Shown piece by piece: positions 38,182 to 47,244 of a stretch of 64,000 nucleotides of DNA (positions are counted from its first letter, which is position 1; each line of letters starts with the position of its first letter). The stretch lies in the sequence record SRR22947727_2045. One strand, written 5' to 3'. The position numbers were made by a program, and so were the translations under genes. The notes beneath the pieces are model-generated. The model was not told the origin of the DNA, did no database searches, and saw only the letters and a program-made list of their open reading frames with translations.

Positions 38182-39173
38182 CCTCGCAATCTCGGTCTGT
38201 TGAGCGCACTCCTCGTCGGGCGATCGTGTTCGGCGGCGGTGGAGTGCTGGGAGGCACCTGGGCTGTCGGTGCCTTGTCCGCCTGGGAACAAACGACGGGG
38301 TTGCGCGCCAAAGACGCTGACATACTCGTGGGAACCAGTGCTGGGTCGGTACTTGCCTCACTGGTCGCCTGCGGTGCCAGCACCGACGAACTCATTGCCC
38401 ACTACCAGGACGAGGAGGTCACAACGGGGCCTCTCGCCGGGTATCAATGGGATCCGGATCGAGCCGCAGGTGGACATAAGCCTGGAGTCCCGAGGTTGCG
38501 AGGGCCTGGCTCACCGGCGCTCATTCGATCGAGTCTTCGGCACCTGGGCCAACTGCCCGCAACCACCGTTCTCTCGGCGTTCCTGCCGGAGGGCGTTCGA
38601 TCCCTCGATCGTGTCGGTCACTTGATTGACGCGGTGACGCCGTTCGGCGAATGGTCTTCCCACCAAAATCTGTGGGTCGTTGCCATGGACTACACCGATG
38701 GGCACCGCGTGGTCTTCGGCAGATCGGGAGCTCCCGTGGCGCCGCTTTCCAGCGCTGTCATGGCATCGTGCGCAATCCCCGGATGGTTCACTCCGGTAGA
38801 TATCGGTGGACGCACGTACGTCGACGGGGGAGCAGTCTCGGCCACATCGGTCGACGTCATTGCCCATTCTGGTCTCGACGAGGTCTACGTCATCGCTCCC
38901 ATGGTGTCTTTCGAGATGGATTCGCCATCGGGCATTCCCGCGCGACTCGAGCGCAGATGGCGAGCTCAAGTCACGAAGGTGTGCCGAGATGAACTGGCCT
39001 TGGTGCGCGCATCCGGTGCTCGGGTCTACGCACTCGGTCCCGGGCGAGAGGACCTGGAGGCTATCGGTGCCAATCTGATGAACTCCAGTCGGCGCAAACT
39101 GGTTCTTGATACTTCCTTGCGCACCAGCGCGCACGCATGGCGAGATGAGTTCGCGGAACGACTGGCGGGGTGA
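38178..39173 (+). CDS. Patatin-like phospholipase
   Basis: GGGGVLG, GTSAG, ASCAIPG and YVDGG motifs. ATGA-coupled to the WS/DGAT gene. Confidence 0.92.
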   Translation: MTSQSRSVERTPRRAIVFGGGGVLGGTWAVGALSAWEQTTGLRAKDADILVGTSAGSVLASLVACGASTDELIAHYQDEEVTTGPLAGYQWDPDRAAGGHKPGVPRLRGPGSPALIRSSLRHLGQLPATTVLSAFLPEGVRSLDRVGHLIDAVTPFGEWSSHQNLWVVAMDYTDGHRVVFGRSGAPVAPLSSAVMASCAIPGWFTPVDIGGRTYVDGGAVSATSVDVIAHSGLDEVYVIAPMVSFEMDSPSGIPARLERRWRAQVTKVCRDELALVRASGARVYALGPGREDLEAIGANLMNSSRRKLVLDTSLRTSAHAWRDEFAERLAG

Positions 39174-39184
39174 AACTACTCAAG

Positions 39185-39234
39185 TCCCGCTAACCGCGGT
39201 CGCACGCATTTTGGCTCCCGCTAACCGCGGTCGC
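39185..39234. repeat. 19-bp direct repeat duplicating the 3' end of the DUF2505 gene
   Basis: TCCCGCTAACCGCGGTCGC at 39185-39203 and 39216-39234. Confidence 0.85.
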
Positions 39235-39721
39235 GTTGCCACTCAGCCGCAACGCGTTCCTCCGCCTTTAGGTACTTCTCCGTCTGTTCGGCGGCGGCCG
39301 ATTCGATAGTACCGCCGACGAAGGGAACGGACGCTTTGAATGTTCCCCGCGTTTCCACGTAGGAACCGTCGGTAGCAGGGGTGAGGGATAAGGACCCAGA
39401 AAAGGACAGTGGGCCGCTGAAGTCGACGGACACGTCGGCTGTTCTGGAACCGTCAGGACTTGCCGCGGACCATTCCTGCGTCTCGGTCGCAGAGATCGTC
39501 TCGCCGACAAACTTCTTCGCTGGGGCCGGCACGTCAGCAGGCAAGACTCTGGTCGAGGTGATGGTCACCGCATCATGGGGGGTGGCGTTCACTTCCACCG
39601 TCGTCTCCAGGGAACCGGTAGCGGCACATTTGACTTGAACATATTCCGGGTCGCGCAGCATGGCGAAAACCGTGACCGGATCCGCTTCGAAAGATTGACG
39701 GTACGTGAATTCCTTGGCCAT
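39221..39721 (-). CDS. DUF2505 family protein (START-like fold)
   Basis: F.A.P..VFAML.DP.Y, P...KKFVG...TQEW and VPFVGG.IE motifs. Confidence 0.8.
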   Translation of the reverse strand: MAKEFTYRQSFEADPVTVFAMLRDPEYVQVKCAATGSLETTVEVNATPHDAVTITSTRVLPADVPAPAKKFVGETISATETQEWSAASPDGSRTADVSVDFSGPLSFSGSLSLTPATDGSYVETRGTFKASVPFVGGTIESAAAEQTEKYLKAEERVAAEWQRDRG

Positions 39722-39924
39722 TCGTGACCTTCTTTCCCGAAGTGGACGCAGCTGGGATGTGCAGGTCTACCGTATGCGACGAGCGGGAGCGATGGTCGAT
39801 TCGATCAGCGAGAGGCGATACTCGTGAGTGACGCGGCAGGCTTGATGTGGCGCGATGCCCTCACTCAACTTCCTGACCTAGGGCGGTCTGCCACCGTTCG
39901 AGAGGTCGGCAAGTCTTGAGGGCG

Positions 39925-39950
39925 GGAACGCTGATCAGTGAGGAGTCGTT
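39925..39950 (+). promoter_or_regulatory. SigH/SigR-type ECF promoter of moeZ
   Basis: GGAAC-N18-GTT. moeB-type genes are known members of the actinobacterial SigR/SigH regulon. Confidence 0.65.
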
Positions 39951-39997
39951 AGCCTTCGCTGAAGGATCAAGCAGCTCGGTTGAATCGAGGAGATGCC

Positions 39998-41185
39998 GTG
40001 AGTCTGCCGCCGTTGGTTGCGCCGGCCGGAGACCTCTCCATGGACGAGGTGCGCCGATACAGCCGCCACCTCATCATCCCCGACGTGGGGATGGGCGGTC
40101 AGAAGCGCTTGAAGAACGCCCGGGTGCTGTGTGTTGGGGCGGGTGGCCTCGGATCACCGGTGTTGATGTACCTGGCAGCAGCGGGTGTGGGCACCCTCGG
40201 CATCGTCGAGTTTGACGTCGTCGATGAATCGAACCTGCAACGCCAGATCATTTATGGGCAAAGAGACGTTGGGCGTTCCAAAGCGGAGAGTGCTCGTGAG
40301 TCAGTCACGGAGATCAACCCCTTCGTGCAGGTGAACCTGCACATCGAGCGCCTGGATTCCTCCAACGCGATGGAGCTCTTCGCGCAGTACGACCTGATTG
40401 TCGACGGCACGGACAACTTCGCCACCCGCTATCTGGTCAACGACGCGTGCGTTCTCCTGGGCAAGCCATACGTGTGGGGGTCGATCTACCGTTTCGACGG
40501 CCAAGCATCCGTGTTCTGGGCTGAGCACGGACCGTGCTACCGGTGCCTGTACCCCGAGCCTCCACCACCGGGGATGGTCCCGTCGTGCGCAGAGGGCGGC
40601 GTCCTCGGCGTCCTGTGCGCATCGATCGGTTCCATCCAGGTGACCGAGGCGATCAAGCTGATCTCCGGGATCGGAGACTCACTGCTGGGACGACTTATGG
40701 TCTACGACGCCCGTGAGATGGATTACCGCCAGGTGACAATCCGCAAGGATCCGAATTGCGCGGTGTGCGGGGAAAGCCCGACGGTGACTGAACTGATCGA
40801 CTACGAGTTATTCTGCGGTGTGACCTCAGATCCGGCAGCTGATGCAGTTCAGGACTTCACGATTTCCGTTCAAGACTTGAAGGCGATGCTCGACGAGCGA
40901 GCCGCCGGCAGTCGGGATTTTGTGCTGGTGGATGTTCGCGAGCCCGTCGAGTGGAGCATCGTCGCTATCGATGGCTCGGAGTTCATCCCTAAAGGTGAAT
41001 TCCTCACGGGAGAGGCCTTCGAGAAGTTGCCGCAAGACAAGCAGGTGGTTCTCTACTGCAGGTCGGGTGGTCGATCTGCAGAGGCGCTGGTGGCCGCAAA
41101 GGGAGCCGGATTCGACGCGATTCATGTCGGTGGTGGCATCAACGCCTGGGTTTCGGAGTTCGAGCCGGGCAAGCCGACGTACTGA
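39998..41185 (+). CDS. moeZ: Adenylyltransferase/sulfurtransferase MoeZ (ThiF plus rhodanese domains)
   Basis: RYSRHLIIP, GAGGLGSP, SNLQRQ, DGTDNF, CYRC and PSCAEGG motifs; rhodanese DVREP..W and YCRSGGRS. Confidence 0.93.
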   Translation: MSLPPLVAPAGDLSMDEVRRYSRHLIIPDVGMGGQKRLKNARVLCVGAGGLGSPVLMYLAAAGVGTLGIVEFDVVDESNLQRQIIYGQRDVGRSKAESARESVTEINPFVQVNLHIERLDSSNAMELFAQYDLIVDGTDNFATRYLVNDACVLLGKPYVWGSIYRFDGQASVFWAEHGPCYRCLYPEPPPPGMVPSCAEGGVLGVLCASIGSIQVTEAIKLISGIGDSLLGRLMVYDAREMDYRQVTIRKDPNCAVCGESPTVTELIDYELFCGVTSDPAADAVQDFTISVQDLKAMLDERAAGSRDFVLVDVREPVEWSIVAIDGSEFIPKGEFLTGEAFEKLPQDKQVVLYCRSGGRSAEALVAAKGAGFDAIHVGGGINAWVSEFEPGKPTY

Positions 41186-41225
41186 TTTCGCCGGGGAGTG
41201 CATCACCAACCTTCCCTTGACGAAG

Positions 41226-41256
41226 GTTGACTAGACTTAGTCTAGTCAACTACATT
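41226..41256 (+). promoter_or_regulatory. TA operator palindrome overlapping the promoter
   Basis: Perfect GTTGACTAGACT-T-AGTCTAGTCAAC. -35 TTGACT and -10 TACATT lie 18 nt apart, with the -10 box 6 nt before the ATG. Confidence 0.85.
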
Positions 41257-41262
41257 CTCGAC

Positions 41263-41505
41263 ATGAGTGTGATGGTCAATGTCTACGAGGCGAAGACGAC
41301 CTTGTCCGAACTGCTGAAGCAGGTCGAGGCGGGCGAGGACGTGGTGATTGCCCGAGCAGGTAAGCCCGTTGTCCGCCTGGTGCCGGTTGAGCGACGGGTG
41401 GGTGCGCGCCCGGGACGAGGTGCTGCAAAGGGCCGCATGTGGATCGCCGACAACTTTGATGACCCGATGCCTGACATTGAAGCAGCATTCGCCGGCGAGG
41501 CGTGA
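41263..41505 (+). CDS. Phd/YefM family antitoxin
   Basis: VNVYEAKT.LS.LL..VEAGE.VVIARAGKPV.RLVP...I...FDDP. Confidence 0.9.
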   Translation: MSVMVNVYEAKTTLSELLKQVEAGEDVVIARAGKPVVRLVPVERRVGARPGRGAAKGRMWIADNFDDPMPDIEAAFAGEA

Positions 41506-41879
41506 TGCGTTATCTGCTCGACACCCACACCTTGCTGTGGTGGATCGACGGACAACCTCTCAGTGAGGAAGCGAACAAAGTGCTCGAGGACTTCGGAAAC
41601 GACGTGCTCGTGTCGGTCGTGTCCAGATGGGAAATCTCCATTAAGGAATCGAAGGGTCGACTCCAGCCACCGTCAGATCTACCTGAGTTGATCGCCGACA
41701 GCGGATTTGATGTGTTGCCCGTTCGCTGGGCACATGCGCGCCGCATCTCCGAGCTTCCGCCGCATCACTTAGATCCGTTCGATCGCATGCTCGTTGCGCA
41801 AGCGATGGAAGAAAGCTGCGTCATTCTCAGTCGCGACCCGCACTTTGGTGCCTACGACGTCGACGTTGTGCGGGCCTGA
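41502..41879 (+). CDS. vapC: VapC family PIN-domain toxin
   Basis: LLDTH.LLWW, S..WEI.IK, HH.DPFDRML.AQA and SRD motifs. Overlaps the antitoxin stop. Confidence 0.9.
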   Translation: MMRYLLDTHTLLWWIDGQPLSEEANKVLEDFGNDVLVSVVSRWEISIKESKGRLQPPSDLPELIADSGFDVLPVRWAHARRISELPPHHLDPFDRMLVAQAMEESCVILSRDPHFGAYDVDVVRA

Positions 41880-41883
41880 CGAT

Positions 41884-43311
41884 CTACAGCGGAATGTTGC
41901 CGTGCTGCCCGCGAACACCCGGGGTGTCCCACAGGACTTGAGCCACGGCACGTTTGGTCGCTGCGGGATCGACGATGTCGTGCACGACGCCCATCTCGAC
42001 CGCGCGCTTGATCCCCCCGGAAATAACCTCGTGCTCCGCTGCGAGTTCGAGTTCCACCTGCTCGCGTGACTCGGGTGGGACCTCGGCGAGACGCTTGCGG
42101 TGCAGAATGCGGATTGCGGCGACGGCACCCATGACGGCCACCTCGGCATCGGGCCAGGCAAACACCTTGGTCGCTCCCAGCGAGGCTGAATTCATGGCGA
42201 CGTAGGCGCCGCCGTAGGCCTTGCGCGTGACGACGGTGACGCGGGGGACGACACATTCGGCGAACGCATGCAGGAGCTTGGCACCGCGACGCACGACGCC
42301 TTCCCACTCCTGACCAAGGCCGGGAAGATAGCCGGGAACATCGACAAGGACGACCAGCGGCACGGCGAAGGCGTCGCACATACGCACGAAGCGCGATGCC
42401 TTCTCAGCGCTGAAAGAGTCCAGGCACCCACCCAGGCGCAAGGGGTTGTTTGCGATAACGCCCACCGTGCGCCCGCCCAGGCGTCCCAGGCCGACGACGA
42501 TGTTGGGAGCCCACTTGGCGTGCAATTCGGTGAAAGTTCCTTGATCGACGAATCCTTCGATCAACGGGTGCACGTCGTAGGCCCGGCGTGATGATTCCGG
42601 CATGAGCGCCCCGAGATTGGTGTCTTCGACGCTTTCGACGTTCAGCGAACCCTGCTGCTCAAGCAGGCTCACCAGTGCGCGCGCCTCGTCAAGCGCACCT
42701 TGATCGGTGTCGGTGGTGATGTGGACGACGCCGCTTCGTCGTCCATGCGGTTCCGGGCCGCCGAGGATGTCCATGTCGACGGCCTCGCCGGTGACCGACT
42801 TCACGACTTCCGGGCCGGTGACGAAGATGCGGCCCTTGGGGCCCAAGATGACGAGATCTGTTAGGGCGGGACCGTAGGCAGCGCCACCGGCGGCAGGGCC
42901 GAGGACGACGGAGATCTGCGGGACCTTCCCCGAGGCTCGGGTCATCGCTGCGAAGACGCGTCCGACTGCGTCGAGGCTCAGCACACCTTCGCGCAGACGC
43001 GCACCGCCGGAATGCCAGATTCCCACGACCGGCACCGAATCGGCGGAGGCTCGGTCGTATGCCGTGACGATGGCGCGGCAACCGTCGTTGCCCATCGCCC
43101 CTCCTTGAACCGTGGGGTCGGTTGCGAACGCGACGCAGGGCGCGCCCGCCACTCGACCGACGGCGACGAGCACGCCTCGGTCGTCTTGGGGAGTGATGAG
43201 CTCGAACTCTCCGTCGTCGAAGAACATCCCGAGGCGAACCGTGGGTGAGCGCGGATCTACCTCGGTGGACTCCTGCGGTGAAGTGCTTGATGCCGTTGTG
43301 GGTGAGGTCAC
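41884..43311 (-). CDS. Acyl-CoA carboxylase carboxyltransferase subunit (AccD6-like)
   Basis: SGGARL.EG, GPAAGGAAY, DVPGYLPG and RKAYGGAYVAM motifs. Last gene of the fab operon. Confidence 0.9.
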   Translation of the reverse strand: MTSPTTASSTSPQESTEVDPRSPTVRLGMFFDDGEFELITPQDDRGVLVAVGRVAGAPCVAFATDPTVQGGAMGNDGCRAIVTAYDRASADSVPVVGIWHSGGARLREGVLSLDAVGRVFAAMTRASGKVPQISVVLGPAAGGAAYGPALTDLVILGPKGRIFVTGPEVVKSVTGEAVDMDILGGPEPHGRRSGVVHITTDTDQGALDEARALVSLLEQQGSLNVESVEDTNLGALMPESSRRAYDVHPLIEGFVDQGTFTELHAKWAPNIVVGLGRLGGRTVGVIANNPLRLGGCLDSFSAEKASRFVRMCDAFAVPLVVLVDVPGYLPGLGQEWEGVVRRGAKLLHAFAECVVPRVTVVTRKAYGGAYVAMNSASLGATKVFAWPDAEVAVMGAVAAIRILHRKRLAEVPPESREQVELELAAEHEVISGGIKRAVEMGVVHDIVDPAATKRAVAQVLWDTPGVRGQHGNIPL

Positions 43312-44547
43312 TTAGGCGCTCCGGAAGACCAGGGCGACGTCGTGGCCGCCGAAACCGAACGAGTTGTTCAGGGCGGCGAGGTCGCCCGACGGCAGCTCGT
43401 GGGCGCGATTGGCCGCGACCGGCAGATGAATCTCGGAATCCATGTTCTCGAGGTTGATGGTGGGGGGTGCGGTGCGGTCCCGAAGGGCCAGAATGGTGAA
43501 GATCGATTCGATGGCACCCGCTCCGCCGAGTAGGTGGCCGGTCATCGACTTCGTTCCGGTGACCAACGCTTGATCGGCAGCCGAACCCAGAGCCCGGCGA
43601 ATGGCTACAGCCTCGGCGATGTCCCCTTGCGGAGTGGAGGTGGCGTGCGCGTTCACGTGGTGAACGTCGGCAGCGGAGACACCTGCGTCCACGAGAGCCG
43701 CGGTCATCGCGCGGGCGGCGCCACCGCCCTCGGGATCGGGTTGAGCAATGTGATGACCGTCGGAAGTCATGCCTGCCCCACCGTAAACGCCGTAAACGGT
43801 GGCTCCGCGAGCCTTGGCATGATCGCGAGACTCCAGCACCACGATGCCGGCTCCCTCGCCCATGACGAAGCCATCTCGATCGGTGTCGTACGGACGAGAG
43901 GCCGCGGTGGGGTCGTCGTTTCGAGTGGAGAGTGCGCGCATGGCGGAGAAGCCCGCCATGGTGATTCCACAGATCACCGCTTCGGTGCCGCCGGTGAGCA
44001 CAACGTCGGCGCGACCGTCGCGGATCATTCGGGCGGCGTTTGCGATCGCCTCGGCCCCCGATGCGCACGCGCTGACCGGAGCATGCACTCCGGCGCGGGC
44101 GCCGATCTCCAGGCCAACCACGGCAGCCGGCCCGTTGGGCATGATCATCGTGACCATGTGTGGGGATACGCGTGACCATCCACGCTCGTTTAACGTGTCG
44201 TACGCCTCGAGCAGGCTGGTGACACCGCCGATCCCGGTGCCGATGACGGTGCCCAGTCGCTCGGGTTCCACCGCCGGTGCACCTGCGTCCTGCCACGCCT
44301 CCCGAGCGGCGATGACCGCTGCCTGTTGGGAGCGGTCGAGTCGACGTGTTTCGACTTTGGTGAGCACCTCGGACGGCTCCACCGCGAGTTGACCCGCGAT
44401 GCGTGACGGCTGCTCGGTAATCCACTCCGCATCGATCGGGCGGACCCCCGATTGTCCAGCGAGAATCGCCGACCAACTACTAGCGACGTCTCCGCCGACC
44501 GGTGTGGTCATTCCCAAACCGGTGACGACTACCTCTGGCGTGCTCAC
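43312..44547 (-). CDS. fabF: Beta-ketoacyl-ACP synthase II
   Basis: SACASG, NAHATSTPQGD, KSMTGHLLGGAG and NSFGFGG motifs. GTG 44547 follows GGGAG; 44565 is an alternative start. Confidence 0.93.
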   Translation of the reverse strand: MSTPEVVVTGLGMTTPVGGDVASSWSAILAGQSGVRPIDAEWITEQPSRIAGQLAVEPSEVLTKVETRRLDRSQQAAVIAAREAWQDAGAPAVEPERLGTVIGTGIGGVTSLLEAYDTLNERGWSRVSPHMVTMIMPNGPAAVVGLEIGARAGVHAPVSACASGAEAIANAARMIRDGRADVVLTGGTEAVICGITMAGFSAMRALSTRNDDPTAASRPYDTDRDGFVMGEGAGIVVLESRDHAKARGATVYGVYGGAGMTSDGHHIAQPDPEGGGAARAMTAALVDAGVSAADVHHVNAHATSTPQGDIAEAVAIRRALGSAADQALVTGTKSMTGHLLGGAGAIESIFTILALRDRTAPPTINLENMDSEIHLPVAANRAHELPSGDLAALNNSFGFGGHDVALVFRSA

Positions 44548-44576
44548 TGTGCGGCTCCCTGACACATCTCACGGGT

Positions 44577-44613
44577 GCGGGGCGTGACGAACCTCAACGG
44601 CCGTGCGCCCCGC
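44577..44613 (-). other. Stem-loop between acpP and fabF
   Basis: GCGGGGCG/CGCCCCGC arms with no U-tract; probably an mRNA-stabilising or attenuating hairpin. Confidence 0.55.
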
Positions 44614-44622
44614 TCCGCGGGT

Positions 44623-44862
44623 TTACGAGTTGGCTTCGATGTAGGCGACAGCGTCACCAACGGTCTTGAGGTTCTTGACTTCCTCGTCGGGGATCTTCAC
44701 GCCCCACTTGTCCTCCGAGGCCATCACAACCTCGACCATCGACAGTGAGTCGACATCCAGATCGTCGACGAATGACTTGTCCGGCTGGACATCCTCCACG
44801 GGGACTCCGGCTACCTCGTTCACGATCGCGGCGAGACCGGCGAGGATTTCCTGCTGACTCAT
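44623..44862 (-). CDS. acpP: Acyl carrier protein
   Basis: DDLDVDSLSMVEV phosphopantetheine site; 79 aa, acidic. Confidence 0.96.
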   Translation of the reverse strand: MSQQEILAGLAAIVNEVAGVPVEDVQPDKSFVDDLDVDSLSMVEVVMASEDKWGVKIPDEEVKNLKTVGDAVAYIEANS

Positions 44863-44953
44863 TTGCTTCCCTTTCGTTGGCGACGGAACGTCCGTCGTCG
44901 TTGTGGCGAACTATGTAGTTGTATCCGACTCCCGGAAGTCTGCACTTGTGGGG

Positions 44954-45958
44954 CTAGGGGAGGGTGACGACTTCCGAGGCGAAGACCAAACCCGCCCCGA
45001 ATCCAACCAGAAGGGCATTTCCTCCCTGATGGATCTCACCGCTCGCCAGCATCCGGTCCATGGCTAGCGGGATAGATGCTGCGGAGGTGTTCCCGGTGGT
45101 GATGATGTCGCGGGCGACCGCAACGGAATCCGGGAGTTCGAGGGCACGTACCAGCGCGTCGGTGATGCGGTTGTTGGCTTGATGCGGAATGAAGGCGTCG
45201 AGGTCCTCGACGGAGACGCCGGCGGCGTCAAGTGATTCTCTGCACACTCGGGTCATCTCCGAGACAGCCCAGCGAAAGACCTGCTGGCCGTTCATCGAGA
45301 TCGTGGGGAAGATGTCGAAGCCGTTGGCTTTGAAATCCACCCAGTTCTGGGTCATGTTGATCGCCTGGAGCTGGTCGCCATCGCCGCCCCACACGACCGG
45401 GCTGATCGCCGGTGTTGAGGATGGTCCGACGACAACGGCTCCCGCGCCGTCGGCGAATATGAAGGCGGTGCTGCGGTCGTAGATGTCGGTGAAGGCGCTG
45501 AGCTTCTCCGCTCCTATGAGGAGTACGTGCCCCGCGCTCCCGCCCCGGATCATGTCTTGCGCCATCGATAAACCGTAGGCAAATCCCGCGCAGGCCGCGC
45601 TGATATCCACAGCAGCGGCGGTAGGAACGCCGATCATGCTTGCGACCTCCGAAGCCGCCGTGGGGGTCTGGTACGGGTGCGTGCAGGTGGCGACGATGAT
45701 GACGTCGACGTCCTGGGAGGCGAGCCCTGCGGCGGCAAGGGCTTTCTCGGCAGCAGCGGCGGCCATGGTGGCGACGGTCTCGTCGTCACCTGCCCAGCGG
45801 CGTTCGGTAATTCCCGAGCGTTCCCGAATCCACTCGTCCGATGAATCGATGGTCTGGCAGATCTCGTCGTTGGTGACAACACGCGAGGGTCGGTAGCTGC
45901 CCGTTGCGAGGATGCGGGCGAACGGTGCGCCCTCGGGTGCCTTGATCGGGGCGCTCAC
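44954..45958 (-). CDS. fabH: Beta-ketoacyl-ACP synthase III
   Basis: AACAGF, FADGAGA, PHQAN, GNTSAAS and GFGAGL motifs. Confidence 0.95.
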   Translation of the reverse strand: MSAPIKAPEGAPFARILATGSYRPSRVVTNDEICQTIDSSDEWIRERSGITERRWAGDDETVATMAAAAAEKALAAAGLASQDVDVIIVATCTHPYQTPTAASEVASMIGVPTAAAVDISAACAGFAYGLSMAQDMIRGGSAGHVLLIGAEKLSAFTDIYDRSTAFIFADGAGAVVVGPSSTPAISPVVWGGDGDQLQAINMTQNWVDFKANGFDIFPTISMNGQQVFRWAVSEMTRVCRESLDAAGVSVEDLDAFIPHQANNRITDALVRALELPDSVAVARDIITTGNTSAASIPLAMDRMLASGEIHQGGNALLVGFGAGLVFASEVVTLP

Positions 45959-47157
45959 GCGTACACACCCTCGCTGTGATCGCTGAGCGGGTGCAAGCGC
46001 ACGAGGGGTTGGCCGGGTGATACAGGATCCCCGTCCTCGACCAGCCATTCGACGAGCACCCCGCCGTGTGGTGCGTGCACAGGTGTCGAGCCACGAAGAG
46101 TGTCGACGCTCCCGACCATCGTGGACTGCGGAAGTTCGTCTCCGGCGACCGCGTCCAGGGTCCGTTGGAACGTGCCCTTGCCCGGTGCCACGAGCATGCG
46201 CCAGGTGGGATTGGAATCCAGATCGGAAACGGTCCCGTGGGCTTGGATCATCGCCCATGCGGCATCGAGATCGTCGGGTGTCTTGACCGCAAGTGTTTCG
46301 ACTCCGGGCAGCGCCCGCTTGGCGAGACCGGTCAGCGTTCCCGCTGGGGGGATTTCCAGAATCGCGGTGACACCGAGATCGGCCATGGTTTCCATGCACA
46401 GGTCCCAGCGGACGGGATTGCTGACCTGGTGCACCAGGCGTCGAAGGACATCGCGGCCGTCGTGAACGACGCGGCCATCGGCGTTGGAGAGCAAAGGGAT
46501 GCGCGGGTCGTGGGTCGTTATGGCATTGGACAGTTTGTCGAGGTGACCGACGGCGGGTGCCATATGCTCAGTATGGAATGCGCCGGCGACCTCCAACGGA
46601 CGGACCCGGCATCCCTCGGGTGGGTTATCGGCGAAAGCGGCGAGCTGGATTTGCGTTCCCGCGACGACGATCTGGCCGGCGCCGTTGATGTTTGCGGCCG
46701 TCAACCCCACGGCGTCGCAGGCGGTGACGACGGCGTCGGAATCTCCGCCGAGGACGGCGCTCATGCCCGTCGCCGTGCGGCCGGCGGCATCGGCCATGGC
46801 GGATCCGCGCTCGCGCACCAACACCATCGCTTGCTCGGCGGTGAGTACTCCGGCACCGACGGCTGCGGTGATCTCGCCGACGGAGTGACCGGCGCCGGCG
46901 CCGATCGCGGAATAGGCGGTGGATGGGTGCGGGAACAGGCTCAGCAGGCTGACAAGTCCGGCGCCCACGATCAACGGCTGGGCGACGGCAGTGTCCTTGA
47001 TGGTGTCGGCGTCGGAGGTGGTCCCGTGCTCAACGAGATCGATGCCGCTGACCACCGACAGCCATGCGAGGCGCTCGCGCACTCCCGGGACGTCGAGCCA
47101 CGGAGTGAGAAAGCCGGGACTTTGGGCGCCCTGACCGGGCGCGACGACTACCAGCAC
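45955..47157 (-). CDS. fabD: Malonyl-CoA:ACP transacylase with C-terminal biotinyl/lipoyl-like domain
   Basis: PGQGAQ, GHSVGE, AGAFHT and NPVRW motifs, plus an extra domain of about 80 aa (APHGG.L.EWLVEDGDPVSPGQPL). Confidence 0.9.
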   Translation of the reverse strand: MLVVVAPGQGAQSPGFLTPWLDVPGVRERLAWLSVVSGIDLVEHGTTSDADTIKDTAVAQPLIVGAGLVSLLSLFPHPSTAYSAIGAGAGHSVGEITAAVGAGVLTAEQAMVLVRERGSAMADAAGRTATGMSAVLGGDSDAVVTACDAVGLTAANINGAGQIVVAGTQIQLAAFADNPPEGCRVRPLEVAGAFHTEHMAPAVGHLDKLSNAITTHDPRIPLLSNADGRVVHDGRDVLRRLVHQVSNPVRWDLCMETMADLGVTAILEIPPAGTLTGLAKRALPGVETLAVKTPDDLDAAWAMIQAHGTVSDLDSNPTWRMLVAPGKGTFQRTLDAVAGDELPQSTMVGSVDTLRGSTPVHAPHGGVLVEWLVEDGDPVSPGQPLVRLHPLSDHSEGVYA

Positions 47158-47222
47158 GCGTTTAGCCTTCCGTGGATGGCTACAAAGAACTCTCGACTTA
47201 CGGACCAAAGTCCACCGAGAGG

Positions 47223-47243
47223 CTTTGGAGGAATCCTACAAAG
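47223..47243. promoter_or_regulatory. FasR/MabR-type operator upstream of fabD
   Basis: 21-bp near-perfect palindrome CTTTGG-AGGAATCCT-ACAAAG, resembling the TTTTGT-N9-ACAAAA MabR box. Confidence 0.7.
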
Positions 47244-47244
47244 A

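Noticed and set aside
39917..39919. Selenocysteine read-through of the small-ORF TGA
   Set aside because: Another stop follows within five codons, and there is no redox motif or evident SECIS hairpin.
42689..44476. 595-aa Arg-rich ORF overlapping fabF and the carboxyltransferase
   Set aside because: Alternate-frame shadow typical of high-GC DNA; no motifs, and it overlaps clear genes.
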